Origin: the human T2T-CHM13v2.0 reference genome, Homo sapiens
Length of the DNA stretch: 64,000 bases
Assembly (NCBI RefSeq): GCF_009914755.1
Contig: NC_060933.1
Direction: 5' to 3' (one strand)
Every line of letters begins with the position of its first letter. The stretch's first letter is position 1. Below the pieces are notes generated by a model, which was given only the letters and a program-made list of their open reading frames with translations, did not search any database and had not been told where the DNA came from. Shown here in pieces: positions 13,062 to 27,738 of the stretch. The translations under genes were made by a program, and so were the position numbers.

Positions 13062-13142
13062 AAAAGAAAAAGAAAATGCGCTTACTTCTTCCCGTAATTG
13101 TCACTAGGGTCAAAACTATTCATTGCATAAATCTTCATCACT

Positions 13143-13435
13143 GGCCAGGCGTGGTGGCTTATGCATGTAATCCCAACATTTTGAACAGCCAAGGCAGACG
13201 GATCACCTGACGTCAGGAGTTCAAGACCAGCCTGACCAACATGGAGAAATCCCATCTCTACTAAAAATACAAGATTAGCCAGGCATGGTGGCGCATGCCT
13301 GTAATCCCAGCTACTCGGGAAGCTGAGGTGTGAGAATCGCTTGAACCCAGGAGCGGGGGTTGTGGTAAGCCAAGATTGCGCCAGTGCACTCCAGCCTGGG
13401 TAATAAGAGCAAAACTCCATCATAAAAAAAGAAAA
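13143..13435 (+). mobile_element. AluSp-like
   Basis: Dimeric Alu, cctgaccaacatggagaaa. Confidence 0.93.
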
Positions 13436-13688
13436 TTCATCATTTTCTAACTTGTACTTTAGATTGGTCCATACACTCCATCACACAAATTTAGTGCTTA
13501 TTTCAACACACATGTGAAAATATGTATTTATATATTATATACATTTACTATGCTACTAATGAACTAAATACATTTTCAAACACAGAATTAGAAATTTTAA
13601 AAATAAGAAAAAAAAAGTAGAAGTTCTATAATTCTTTTCCTAGGCCATATAAATAATTAGGGGCCCATTGCCCTAGATATAGTTGGGA

Positions 13689-14016
<328 letters not shown>

Positions 14017-14332
14017 TAAACCTATATTTTAAGTGACCATAGACAAAAATGACATATTTTACTAGTCTGTCCACCAATCTCTATGTGACAGCTGATGTCA
14101 ACAAGACATATTATAACACATAGAGAAGACACTGTTGTTTGGGATTTTCAGACAATGTCCTCATGTTATCATTGTAAACCATCTACATTAAAGTAGAATA
14201 ACTTTACACACAAACAGTGTTTGTGCTTTAAAAATGAATTCCTTCATTCTTTTATTCCATGAATATTTCTGAATACCAGGCAAGGTGATAGGGACAAGAG
14301 ACTTATAATAAACGTACAAGACAGCAAGGTCC

Positions 14333-14626
14333 GGCTGGGTGCGGTGGCTTACGCCTGTAATCACAACACTTTGGGAGGCCAAGGAGGGTGGATGATCTGA
14401 AGTCAGGAGTTCAAGACCAGCCTGGCCAACATGGTGAAACCCCATCTCTCCTAAAAATACAAAAAATGAGCCAGCTGTGGTGGCGGTCGCCTGTAGTCCC
14501 AGCTCCTCGGGAAGCTGAGGCAGGAGAATCGCTTGAACCCAGAGGCGGAGGTTGCAGTGAGCCAAGCTCGCGCCACTGCACTCCAGCCTGGGCAACAGCA
14601 TGAGACTCTGTCTCAAAAAAAAAAAA
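14333..14626 (+). mobile_element. AluS
   Basis: Dimeric Alu, TSD approx. agcaag(g/t)tcc. Confidence 0.95.
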
Positions 14627-14668
14627 GCAAGTTCCCTGATACTGATACATTCTGGTGCTAGGAGATAG

Positions 14669-15430
<762 letters not shown>

Positions 15431-15773
15431 TCTGAAAAAATGCAACCTCCCCCGACTGCCCTCCCTGTTCCCAAGTCTCTGTAGAGACTTCCAATCCATT
15501 TACTTGGACATAGCCATTAAGCTCTATTGTGAAGTCTTTTGACCCTTTATAAAAGGCTCACCAGTTTCACTTTTCAGTGATCCTATGGCAGTCTCCTCTT
15601 CCCAATTCAGAAAACAATCAGAAATAATGTGTCGCTTTTTAATGTTTTCAGCTGCCCTTCTCTGTTCCTACACAGCAACCTGCCCTACAAAATCAAATGA
15701 CTTTTTTTCTCCCATTTCTCTTCCATAGAGCAGTTTAACACACTTTAGAATTTTTACTTAAAAAGTAAAGTAC

Positions 15774-15912
15774 CTGACATTAGTTCTCATTTGCGTTCCT
15801 GAAAAACGCAAATGGAAAAAATCTGCTTTCATGTACAAAGAAACGGTCAGCATTACGGATCTCTATGGCCACATTTTTCAATCTGTGATTCCGGAAAGGC
15901 TTTCTACACTCA
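15774..15912 (-). other. CpG-retaining exon-like element with a perfect 10-bp hairpin
   Basis: Minus strand polypyrimidine tract ...tttttttatttaag| at 15913 and ATGTCAG|gtactt donor at 15773; inverted repeat 15788-15797 / 15805-15814. Confidence 0.3.
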
Positions 15913-16499
15913 CTTAAATAAAAAAAAGAAAAGAAAAAAAATATTTTTAGGTTTCTGAAGTTTTGTAGATCAAAGCCTTTTTTGTTTGAACATTTTAAAC
16001 TCTGTAATGTTAGCAGTGATACTAATACCCAATAGTACACTGGAATTCAGGCTATTAGAAAACAGGGCCCTTCCAATAATTCAAACATTCTTTCTTTCAG
16101 GATTTAGAAGCCAAGGCCTGCTGTGAGTCAATTGCTGGCTATCTTTCCAAATTAGCTTTTCAGTCTTAGTTATCTTTTACATTTCATCCCTTAGTCTTCA
16201 CTCCAGGATTTCCTCCATTATTGAAGCAAGGCTTTTAACACCCCAACATGAAGTCATTTAACTCCTTAGTGTTTCTTATTAGTTACCTAAATAGATTTGA
16301 GACTACCAGTATTTAACCCTCTGTCTTAAAAATGCATTATAAAACGAGACAGTTTGTTATATGGAGGGTGTAGAACCTGACACACACAATAATGCCACCT
16401 TATTCTGCTTCTCAAGTAGAAAAGTCTATTCCCTTCCTGGATTGACCTTTCTACATGCCTTGGCCAAAAGAATGGGACAAAAGCAACGTTGTGTGCATC

Positions 16500-17443
16500 T
16501 GACCCTGAACCTCAAGAAACCCAAGAAACATCAGGAAGAAGCTCTGCATGGTCCCTTCCACTTGCTGACCTGGGGTCCCCTGCCACCGCTGTCAGAGATG
16601 TGTGAACCAGAGCAACTTTGTCTTGAAAAGGGGCTGGGTAAAATGAGGCTGAGACCTACTGGGCTGCATTCTCAGACGGTTAGGGCATTGTAAGTCACAG
16701 GATGAGATAGGAGGTCCGCACAAGATACAGGTCATAAAGATCTTGCTGATAAGGCAGCTTGCAGTAAAGAAGCCTGCTAAAACCCACCAAAACCAAGATG
16801 GCCATGAGAGTGACCTCTGGTCGTCCTCACTGCTACACTTTCAACAGTGCCATGGCAGTTTACAGATGCCATGGCAACATCAGGAAGTTACCCTACATGG
16901 TCTAAAAAGGGGAGGCATGAATAACCCACTCCTTGTTTAGCATATCATCAAGAAATAACCATAAAAATGGGCAACCAGCAGCCCTCAGGGCTGCTCTGTC
17001 TATGGAGTTAGCCATTCTTTCATTCCTTTACTTTTCTTAATAAACTTGCTTTCACTTTACTCTATGGACTCGCCCTCAATTCTTTCTTGTGCGAGACTCA
17101 AGAACCCTCTCTTGGGGTCTGGATCGGGACCCCTTTCCTGTAACACCACCACCACACAAACGAGCCCAGACTAGCCTGGTGGAGGATGAAAGACCATGGG
17201 GAGCAGAGATGAACTAGCTAACTGACCCACTGTAGACCAATCATTCCCCAGAAGACCTGACAGCTGGTTGCAGACTCAAGAGTAAGTCCAATCATGATCA
17301 TCTAAGCCGGGCCACCAACAGCAGAACCGCCAAGTTGAGCCCAGCTCAAACTGCTGATCCAGAGAATTGAGATAATTAAGTGGGTATTGGGTTAAGCTAC
17401 TAAGTTTAGGGATGGTTTGGTATACATCAAAAGCTGACAATAC
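16500..17443 (+). mobile_element. MLT1 LTR interrupted by MER41A
   Basis: MaLR 3' end taagctactaagtttagggatggtttgg...gacaataca; sequence resumes across the MER41 insert. Confidence 0.7.
16590..17145 (+). mobile_element. MER41A solo LTR (ERV1)
   Basis: tgtcagagatgtgtgaaccagagcaact...ccctttcctgtaaca, 556 bp; 4-bp TSD ccgc/ccac. Confidence 0.92.
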
Positions 17444-18374
17444 AAAAGTGTTTAATATTTTCCTCATGCACTATAAAACAAAGATAAATAAGTGTATGTT
17501 TTCTTCAGTACATTTACCCTACTTTAAATACTCAGGTAGGTAACTTGGCTTCTTACGGTTACATCTAAATTAATTTGGTCTTCTGGCAGCAACCAACTAA
17601 TAAAATCACTAGCTTTCAGATCTTTAAAGTAAGGTACGTTATTCTGTGATTTAGAATATCAGAACTTATTTGTGCCTCTTGGCCCCTTTTTCCGATTATA
17701 AATATTTTCTGCCACATAGCTCAGGGACAGCAAAATTGTCCTAAAATGTCCTTAACCACTGGCTAAAACCATGAAGCATGATGTTCCTTTCTGGTGTTAT
17801 AATGGAAGTGACGTATGTATCTGAGATGTCAACTGATTTCACCAAGTACACTGACAGGTAGTAGTTAGCATAATTTTAGATGCTATTTTCCTTAAGCAGG
17901 TTCTGCCGGGGGATAAATCCCACAATTCAAGTAGGGTTGATACTTTAAAAGCAGAAAAGTTTTCACTCAAGCTTCTTAAAGGAATGATATTTTGAACAAT
18001 CTGTCTGTGCTCCTCTGGCCGGTTTCTAACAGCATGTTGTATGTGCCTCTCCTTAAACAGGAGCTAGTCAACTTGACTAGTTACTAGAATGTGTGAAAAA
18101 GTGAGGAGACATGATAACTATTGAAATAAATAAATGAATTTTGCAAGGCTGCTAAATACAAGATCAATATAAGAAACCAACTGTATTCAGAATAATTAGG
18201 TATTTCTTAAATGTGCTATTTATAGCAGCATCAAAAATATAAAACACTAAAAATGTAACAAAAGTTCACAAGATTTCTATGCAGAAAATTAGATAGCATG
18301 ATCAATAAATTAAAGAAGACTTAAATAAATGGATGATTATAGTATGTTCACAGCTTAAAAGACTCATTATTGTA

Positions 18375-18667
<293 letters not shown>

Positions 18668-19715
18668 TCATTCTTATAACGATGTCAATCTTTCCCAAGT
18701 TTATCTATGAATTCACTGTAATCCCAATATAAACTTCAGCATACTATTCTTGTGAAATAGAAAAACTAATTTTATAATTTATAAGAAAATGCAAAAACAC
18801 AAGAATAGCCAAGACAATCTTATAGAAAAACAAATGGTAAAGAATTTATACTACCAGTTACCAAGACTTATTATAAAGCCACAGAAATTAAGATGGTGAA
18901 GTGTTAGCTCAAGGACAAGCAAAATAGTGGAACAGAAAAAGAAGTCTAGAAACAGGCCCACCCATATGTACTCTCAGATGATTTATACACAGCTATGTCC
19001 CTGTATTGCAATGGAAAAAGAATCTTTTCAATCAGTGGTGATGGGTTAAATGGGTATCTGTATGAAGAAAAACATACACTGACCCTCTACCTCACACCAT
19101 ATACAAAATAACATATTAGAGACCTAGATGTGAAAGATAAATAATACATCTTATAGACAATGGCACAAAAGAATATCTTTGTAGCCTTTCTCAAAGCATG
19201 TTTTGAAAATAAGGTAATGACAATAAAGATTGATAAATTTCAATTAAAATTTAAAATGTCTGTTCATCCAAAGATATTATCAAGAAAGGGCAATCTACAG
19301 AGTGGAAAAAGATATTTGCAAGAAATATGTCCACAACAGCCCTGAAGCTATCCATTTCTATTGTATTCTCTATCCTTTTGGGGAAATGGGGTGGAGATAA
19401 AAGCCTTAAACAGGCAATTCACAAAAGAGATAACCCAGATGGTCACTGAACATATGAAAAAGGACTGAACAATGTTAGCCATTAAAGAAATGCAAATTAC
19501 TATCAAAATGAGAAACCACTCCACACTCACCAGAATAATTAAAATCAGAAACTCGACACCAGTACATGTTGGGAAGGTTGCAGTGCAAATTAAAACTCAT
19601 ATACTGCTGGTTAGAGTGCCAACTGGTAAAAACTCCTTTGAAAAACTGTTTTGCTAAACATATACCTACCACATCAACCAGCAGTTTCATTAGGTTATAC
19701 TCAACAATAACTTAG

Positions 19716-20053
<338 letters not shown>

Positions 20054-20395
20054 CAGCAGCACAAATTAGAAATAACTTACATATTCATCCAAACTAGAGT
20101 GAATAAATAAATTGTGGCATATTCATAAAATCAAATACTTGTTTACAGCAATCAAAATATAAAATTTCTGCTGAGAAAATATAGCTTTTCTAGAAACAGC
20201 TTATTAATGCATAGTTTGTCTTAGTTACCTTCTAATCATTTTGAAGAAACTAAATTGATCACTAAGAATAATAAAAGTCAAAGTTACACACAAAGTAGAA
20301 TTGAACTCAAATTGTCTTGGAAACATATACAGAAGGGAGAACAGTAAATGACCAGCCCAAAGCACTGAGACTCTAAAGACTGATTTCAGTAACTA

Positions 20396-20491
20396 GCCTC
20401 TAATAAATTTGCTTATCTGAAAATACAGCAATATGTAATATTAGTAAAGCATGATAATATGTGTTAAGACCCAAATAAATGGTCTGAATGA
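20396..20491 (+). repeat. Approx. 96-bp direct repeat, copy 1
   Basis: gcctctaataaatttgcttatctgaaaata...gataatatgtgttaagacccaaata recurs at 21753-21849. Confidence 0.9.
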
Positions 20492-20619
20492 TAAACATTA
20501 GTATGTGTGTAGAAGAGGACAATATGATCTCAGACTTTTAGTTCATACTGGTAGAGGAAAAGATAATGAAACTTGAAGAAAGAATCCAAATGGGTAGAGG
20601 GAAGGCCCCTGGGGCCAAG

Positions 20620-20745
20620 AGAATCAGTGTAGTGCAAACAAAGGAACAGAGACAGTCAAAGAACCAGATTCTAGACCAACTTCAGCACTGACTTTCTTAT
20701 ATGCCTTGGCCAAATCACTCCCCTTCTCTGCCTCTAGTTTCCCTG
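20620..20745 (+). mobile_element. MIR fragment
   Basis: ccttggccaaatcactccccttctctgcctctagtttccc. Confidence 0.6.
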
Positions 20746-21366
20746 GTTGCTCTGTTTTATAGCATTTGTTACCCTCAACATGTTAATATTATATAATAGA
20801 TTTGCTAGGTTTTGTTGTCATTGTCCCCACCCCCGGGAGACTGAAGTTCCACAAAGACAAAGATTTTTTTTAAATATTGTTAAACATGCAAGATTTGTGT
20901 GAAAGTACATATATGTAACATGCATGGAATAATCTTATTTTGCAAGATGCATAAAAAACAATACAGCAAATCCATCTGCAATTTCTTCTAACTCACAGAT
21001 CAAAGGAGACTGTGGTATCCATGTTAAAGCTGTATCAGTTGGCTACAGTGTTTACTTTTTGTAGGAAACAATACTGGGCTATTTGAGAGTGGGTTTTATA
21101 AAGCTCCGGAGTTCTAACGTTGTTAGGGAATTAAGGTCCAATCACCAAGCCTAGTCCATGCTTAGGAATTTCCAAGGTACTTATACAGGCAAGTGAAAGG
21201 AGGTAAAAATCCCCAAAATAATAACCTATTTTCAGAAGCATGTATTTTCTTTCTTTAAATATTAATAGGGAAAAAATAATTAAAAAAAAATTTAAGTAGT
21301 TAGAAAGAAATTGTTTAGTGATAAAGCCAAAGAGTTGAAATATGGCTCCAAAGAATCTATAAACCA

Positions 21367-21663
<297 letters not shown>

Positions 21664-21752
21664 CTATGAATAAATATTTATTGTCAACTCTCTGTTTCTC
21701 AGATCATGCTAATACATGTTAGACAAACAAAAAAAGGTCAAACAAGGACAAT

Positions 21753-21849
21753 GCCTCTAATAAATTTGCTTATCTGAAAATATAGGGAATGTGAACAATT
21801 AGAAAAGCACGATAATATGTGTTAAGACCCAAATACATGGTTTGAATGA
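21753..21849 (+). repeat. Approx. 96-bp direct repeat, copy 2 (within decayed L2-like sequence)
   Basis: First 30 nt and an internal 25 nt are identical to copy 1. Confidence 0.9.
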
Positions 21850-22104
21850 GAATATGTAGAATTTTGAGTAAAAAGCGTATCAATAATCAGCATAAGATTT
21901 AGATGTTGATATGTTCAAAACATTATCAGAAACTAATAAATCGGCTATTTTACAAATACCATATACCATACAGTTTGGGTGTAAGAAGGAATTAAGATGT
22001 GAGTAAAGCCAATTTGTGGGAGACCTTCAACACCGGCTGAGTATCCCAGGGAACAATAAATCTCAAACTATCAACAGGAAAAGTAGTGATAGAGTTGGAG
22101 TTAG

Positions 22105-22196
22105 AATTCTGCATATATATAAATTCTGCATATATATACATATATATATACATACATATATACATATATATATACATACATATATATATATACATA
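22105..22196. repeat. (TA)n/(TACA)n compound microsatellite
   Basis: Visible tandem array. Confidence 0.9.
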
Positions 22197-22708
22197 AAAA
22201 CATTGAATGTCTTAAAGGAAAAAGATTAGAACTATACTGATAGCAATGAGCTGTCATGTGGATATTGGTGAACTAGATAATAACAACTCATGATACTGCA
22301 TTCCAAAAAACTTATTCAAATTAAACCTTTGCCATCAAAATATAATCCCAATTTTGACCTGTATGGCATGAGACATTTCTGATTTCCTTGGGATCTCTAT
22401 CTATATAAAACACATGACATTCATTTTATAATTTGAAATCTGGATCTCACAGAAGCAGACTGGTGGTTGGGCTGAATGGGTGTTACATTCTCCACTTTCT
22501 CATTATCTTATTTCAAGAAGGCTCTGGAGACAATTCCTGACATCTCCGTGCTTCAACTTCCATCTGTGTGAAATGAAATAATGGCTGCCTCCAGCCTACC
22601 TCATCAAAATCAGTGAGCCACAAAAGCACATTAAAATCAGAGATGCAGGAAGGATTTTGAGGAAACAAGCTTCTGTCCATTATCATTAAAAACAAAACAA
22701 AATGTAGT

Positions 22709-22902
22709 CAGCCTTTCTCAACTGCGGTTCCACAAGATAATCATGCCCTACAGAATATAATTTGAGTGACTCCTCAATTCTCCTGAGATGGTACAAATGT
22801 AGTACCACTCTAGATGCATAGGAAAGAAGTTAACTCATTACATACAATAGATCCCTTAAGGCATTAGGGCTGAACTCTGTGAGTTCAGGAAGGGAAAAGC
22901 TG
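22709..22902 (+). mobile_element. hAT-Charlie MITE (Charlie4-like)
   Basis: Degenerate TIRs cagcctttctcaac ... gggaaaagctg; internal ggtac...gtacc. Confidence 0.6.
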
Positions 22903-23269
22903 ATACCTTATGTTATATACAAATTAGGGTATGATATTTGATATCATTTTGTTTTAAAAAATAAAAAGCTATGAGTTTACAGACCTATAGATCCAAAGCC
23001 TCACCACATTCCAGAATAAAAATAAAACAGCCTAGAGAAATGCTAGAATGAAAGGCTCATAAATTTTGGGCTGTCACACAGAAGTAACAAAGAAGCAAGA
23101 AAAGACTAAGAACTCATACTTTACAGTTTACAAAATGTTTTTTTAAAAAGAATTTCTGACTTAATTGTCAATATTTATGGAGCTCATTTAAAATTCTACG
23201 CAATATGCTACAACAAGACAAACATTTCTTGTTTGAGAGGAGGAAAGAACGAGATATTAGAAAATAACC

Positions 23270-23492
23270 TTTTTTTTTTTTTTGAGATGGAGTCTCGCTC
23301 TGTCACCCAGGCTAGAGTGCAATGGCGCGATGACAGGCGTGTGCCACCACGCTTGGATAATTTTTTGTATTTTTAATAGAGACGGGATTTCACCCTGTTA
23401 GCCAGGATGGTCTCGATCTCCTGACCTCGTGATCCACCTGCCTCAGCCTCCCAAAGTGCTGGGATTGCAGGCGTGAGCCACCGCACCTGGCC
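23270..23492 (-). mobile_element. AluY/Sc-like with approx. 70-bp internal deletion
   Basis: gttagccaggatggtctcgatctcc; junction gcgcgat|gacaggcg lacks most of the right arm. Confidence 0.9.
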
Positions 23493-23528
23493 TAACAGGG
23501 TCATTTTTTTAAGCTCACAAAGGTGTTC

Positions 23529-23859
23529 TTTGGTTTTGGGTTTTTTTTTTTTTAGAAAGAGAGCATCTCACTCTGTCACCCAGGCTGGAGTACAGTGACA
23601 CGATCAAGGCTCACTGCAGCCTCAATCTCCTGAGGTCAAGCGATCCTCCTGCCTCTGCCTCCCAAGTAGCTAGGATGACAGACACGTACCACCTTACTTT
23701 TTTATTTTTTGTAGAGATAAGGTTTAACTTTTTTATTTTCATAGAGATAGGGTTCTACTATGTTGATCAGGCTGATGTTGAACTCCTGGCCTCAAGTGAT
23801 CTTCCTGCCTTGGCTTCCCAAAGTGCTCAGATTACAGGTGTGAGCCACCATGCCCGGCC
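23529..23859 (-). mobile_element. AluJ with approx. 31-bp tandem duplication in the linker
   Basis: acttttttatttt..tagagata.ggtt occurs twice at 23696-23756. Confidence 0.9.
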
Positions 23860-23869
23860 TAATGTTATT

Positions 23870-24560
23870 TAATTGTAATTTTGATCTCTATTGTGTCTTG
23901 GAGGAGGCAACTAATATTTTAAAGCTTCTGTTCTCTGCTCTCTCTTGTTTTCATCTCTCTCATCTTTATCAAGGTATTGTCTGGTCTTCTGAATCCTGTG
24001 AGACCTGACAATACACTGACTTTACATAATAATTTTTCAAATTTTTTACACTGTCAATCTTACTCTGTTCTAGCTCCCAGTATTTTAATCTGCTGTTGGC
24101 ATCTTTTGTTCCTGTTACATTTCTTTTTTTTTTCTTTTTTGTCCTCATCAATCTTCTTTTCCTACTCATTTCACTATGTTTTCTTTTCACTCCATCCTGC
24201 TGCTCATGACTTTCTGCTCTTTCATCAAGACTATATCTTCTTCCTTTCTGCTGAGGAAGTAAAACATTCACTTGAAATTCTCTCCTGGTCCTATAATAAA
24301 TCCTATTGAGAAAAGTGGTTCTTCTCTTCTTCCGAGGTCTCCAGACAAGCATTCTTTCCCTTGTGCTGAAACATTATTTCCTGGACTCGTGTTTGTTTGT
24401 ATGCTTCGATTTACTATCCTCTAACTGACAGGACCTATCCAGACACTGTTTGTTGAAAGATTCCATGACAAAGTTTGTCTGTGTCCCTTCTCCCTACTAA
24501 TCAGGAGAAGATTATTGTAATCTCCTCAGATGTGGGACTCAGTGGTGCTTGTAGCTGGAA
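23870..24560 (-). mobile_element. Probable ancient L1M/HAL1 ORF1-region fragment
   Basis: Minus strand strongly purine-rich (aacagcagatta...aaagatgagagagatgaaaac); no recognisable cellular protein. Confidence 0.4.
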
Positions 24561-24566
24561 TCTAAG

Positions 24567-24711
24567 GTAGCTGGGATTACAGGCGTGCGCCACAACGCCC
24601 AGCTAATTCTTGTGTTTTTGGTAGAGACCGGGTTTTACCACATTGGCCAGGCTGTTCTCAAACTCCTGACCTCAGGTGATCCACCCACTTCGGCCTCCAC
24701 CGCGCCTGGCC
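24567..24711 (-). mobile_element. Truncated AluS fragment
   Basis: Left-arm portion with a small deletion. Confidence 0.88.
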
Positions 24712-25103
24712 AGCCTAACACCTTTTTAAAGGAAGAAGCTTAGTCAGAATTTTAAATACACACAGATACACACACACACAAATAATTTTATTTCAATCAT
24801 CAGCTTTTTTCCTTATTATAGTATCTAAACAGATAAAAATAAGTGAGATCAATATTCATGTTTGGAGTTTTGTTTGGTTTCTTATTTCACTTACTTTTGC
24901 TGCTAATCTCTATTTTAAACAATTCTTTGTTATGAATTCACTATTCTAGTTAAAAATAACAGGTATGTTATTTCATTGCTGAGCTATTAATATCCCCACC
25001 TACTCATTTTCTATTTCCTCAAAATTTTTTTGAATGTCAGCATTACAAAATGTGGAAATGGAGAACTCAGTGTGCATTTTCTCTCTCCCTTGCTCCCTCT
25101 CTC

Positions 25104-25107
<4 letters not shown>

Positions 25108-25137
<30 letters not shown>
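25108..25137. repeat. (TG)n microsatellite
   Basis: Visible array. Confidence 0.95.
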
Positions 25138-25138
<1 letters not shown>

Positions 25139-27738
25139 CGGTGGGGGGATGTATGCATGTTTTATGGAGGTGCCTAGTCTGGCTAGCAGAGCTATCACTT
25201 TGATTCTTAATGGGAATGTATATCTCCCTTTGATGTTTCTGTGGGTCTGAAGAATGCAATGGCCTTTCTAGTGCTTATTCTAGGAGATCTGGCTTCCCAC
25301 AAGAAAAAAACAAAAGGTTTTATCTCGTACAAGTAAAGTAGAAAGTAAATTGAGGTAGGAAATTGTACTATGGTTCCTTGCTGAAATAATTTTGGGATTA
25401 GTGAAGATGTGAGTAGTTCCACTTCTATTTCTAGTGCCTACTGCATAATAGGAATAACATTTTTAAAATATATGATTTCATGAATGAATCATTTAATCTT
25501 TAGTCCCTTTTTTCACTAAAAGGTTTATAATTTGGGGCAAGAAGGACACCAAGCTTTTTACATCTCATGTGTCAGCAGATGACTGTGGGATGAAGCTACA
25601 GGTAGAAAAATTTAAAAAGACAGAAGCTGATTTCATTTATTTGCCTAAATATAAATGATCTAAAAGATAAGCCAAAAACATTTTACAAATAGAGGCAAAT
25701 GTGGTTGTCCTTGCATCCTAATAAGGCAAAAAGGCAATTATCAAGTAAGGTGGGGACAGAAAATAGAAGTTTTAACATGGTAGCTATAAAAAGAGACTAG
25801 GACACTCTAGCAGAAGAAAAAAGGTGGTTAAATAAAGAATAATTTGATAAAGTGATAACATATATTATAACTAACAAAACTGAAAGACTTCTGTCTTTTT
25901 CACAATTATAACATTTGTTTGTGTGCTTTTTTTCCTAAAGTGACATACCACACAATATGGTTACTGTTTATAATGACCATGGATGGAGAGAGCAAGCAAG
26001 CTAAATTAGAATTGGAGGATAGATGCTTTTTCATGAGATTTTAAAACCCAGGGTTGCAGCACAGAAAGCGGAGCTGCAAAGGTTAGTAGAAAGAACTAAA
26101 ATACATCAAATGTGTCTCCTAAGGAGTTACAATCCTAAGAACGTATAACTAATCGCTAACTGTAAAGCTCATCTACATGGATAATTTTATAGACATCTAA
26201 TAATACTGTTAATAATAACCATGGTCAAGGACGAGAAATGAAAAGATGTAGGGTCTATTAAAGAAAATGGGAAAGAGATGAATCCTCAGAAGAAAATCAT
26301 TTTAAAGGTCACTAAATTCTGCCACAGTAGTGGAAGAAGGAAGATGAGATTACAGTTTTAGTTTTAAATATATTTGCAAAGTGGCCTACATGTGGATACA
26401 GTCTCTTATCCCTAGCTTCTCTGGTGAGCTATAAACCAAGGTCCCTAAGGCACCATTATTAACACATGAATCACAGAGGGTCAAATAAACTCAGATGCCC
26501 AATTTAGGTACATTAAAATATACCTACTGGTGGGAAAAGTGAGTAGGGAGATTGAGACTGAAGACTAAGTCTAACCTTTTTAATGTCCATACTATAGCAG
26601 TTTAGGGGATGTGTGTGTGTATATATATACAAAGGTTCTGTCTTTCTAGGAAAACTTTCCCCACTAAATTAAATATATTAGTATAATTCTCAATAATTTT
26701 TCCTCTGCATTCAATAGAACTGTATCATAACTAATTTCATGGAGGCAAGAGAGATCAAGTTTGAACATCAAAACGAGATTGACTTTTGGGAATTTGTTTG
26801 GTTTTGTTTCCTACTGACAGTATAAAAGAAGCACCCTTATTGTTAGGACTATATCAATAAAACTGCATATATCACCTTCATGGAAATATTTAAAGCATGC
26901 AGAAGTCAGCTATGTTGATAGAATACAGATTTACAAATCAAATAATAATAAATAATGAGAATAAATCTTTTATTATTTTCTTAATTTAATTCAATTTCAA
27001 GCATTTTCATATAATAAAATAAATAATTTGTTTTTCTAACACATCTCTCTGGCACGGAGGAGAGAAAGCAATACAAACTAACCTATCATGTCACCAGATG
27101 AACGGGCTCCTTCAATAGAAAACCTCTTTTAAAATTAATGGCCTGCTGCAGCATGATGAGTGCTCAGGAAAAGAAATATTTATGGGTTTTCTCCTAACTT
27201 CTGACCCTTGAAATTAAAAGCACTTTCTCCACCTCCTCTGTTCCAGTTAACCCATAGGAAAAACGTCTCTCTTTATGGCAGGGAGAAATTTTTATGATAC
27301 TCAGAGATATAGCTATATAGATAAGTGAGCCAGTACACAGCTTCCCCCAAAAGCTTGCCTCCCAGCGGTGAGAAAAAGCACAGAATGCCTTGGGAAAGAG
27401 GGTAACTGGAACATGCATCGCCTACTCATCTCCCAGCATGGGATGGAGCCTCCTTCCAGCGTGACACTGAAATGCCCAGGCCATTCTTCAGGCTATCCAA
27501 TGAGTCTCTGTAGTTAATAACCAACCTGAGCATTCAGGTAGGCTCAGGATCCTGGCTCAGATATAAACCCAGATTCCAGCAGGAGTAGCCACTGAAAAAT
27601 CAAGCTTTTTGGATGCTCTGCCAAAGATGGTTTCAAGCTACTGAAGATCTCAAAAAGAAAACACTCTTTCTCTCTGTTCTCATTTGTTAGCTTGAGACAG
27701 TAGAGCAGACTATAAGACTCCAGTCATAAATAATGGTA

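Larger units (their letters stand above)
11759..13070 (+). pseudogene. HERV-W (HERV17/LTR17) L1-mediated processed pseudogene, 5'-truncated with an internal pol-env deletion
   Basis: pol RNase H and integrase HHCC, env cytoplasmic tail, PPT, U3-R only LTR, ATTAAA at 13013-13018, poly-A at 13031-13070; 18-bp TSD agaaaatg(t/c)gcttacttc at 11741-11758 and 13071-13088; TT|AGAAAA endonuclease site. Confidence 0.95.

Noticed and set aside
15775-15911. H/ACA snoRNA-like layout on +
   Set aside because: Second hairpin is weak, boxes are low-complexity, and the strand is opposite to the inferred host
23969-24352. 127-aa K/R-rich minus-strand ORF as a processed pseudogene
   Set aside because: No cellular parent recognised, no poly-A or TSD; composition fits a decayed L1/HAL1 ORF1 region. 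A BLAST search would settle it.
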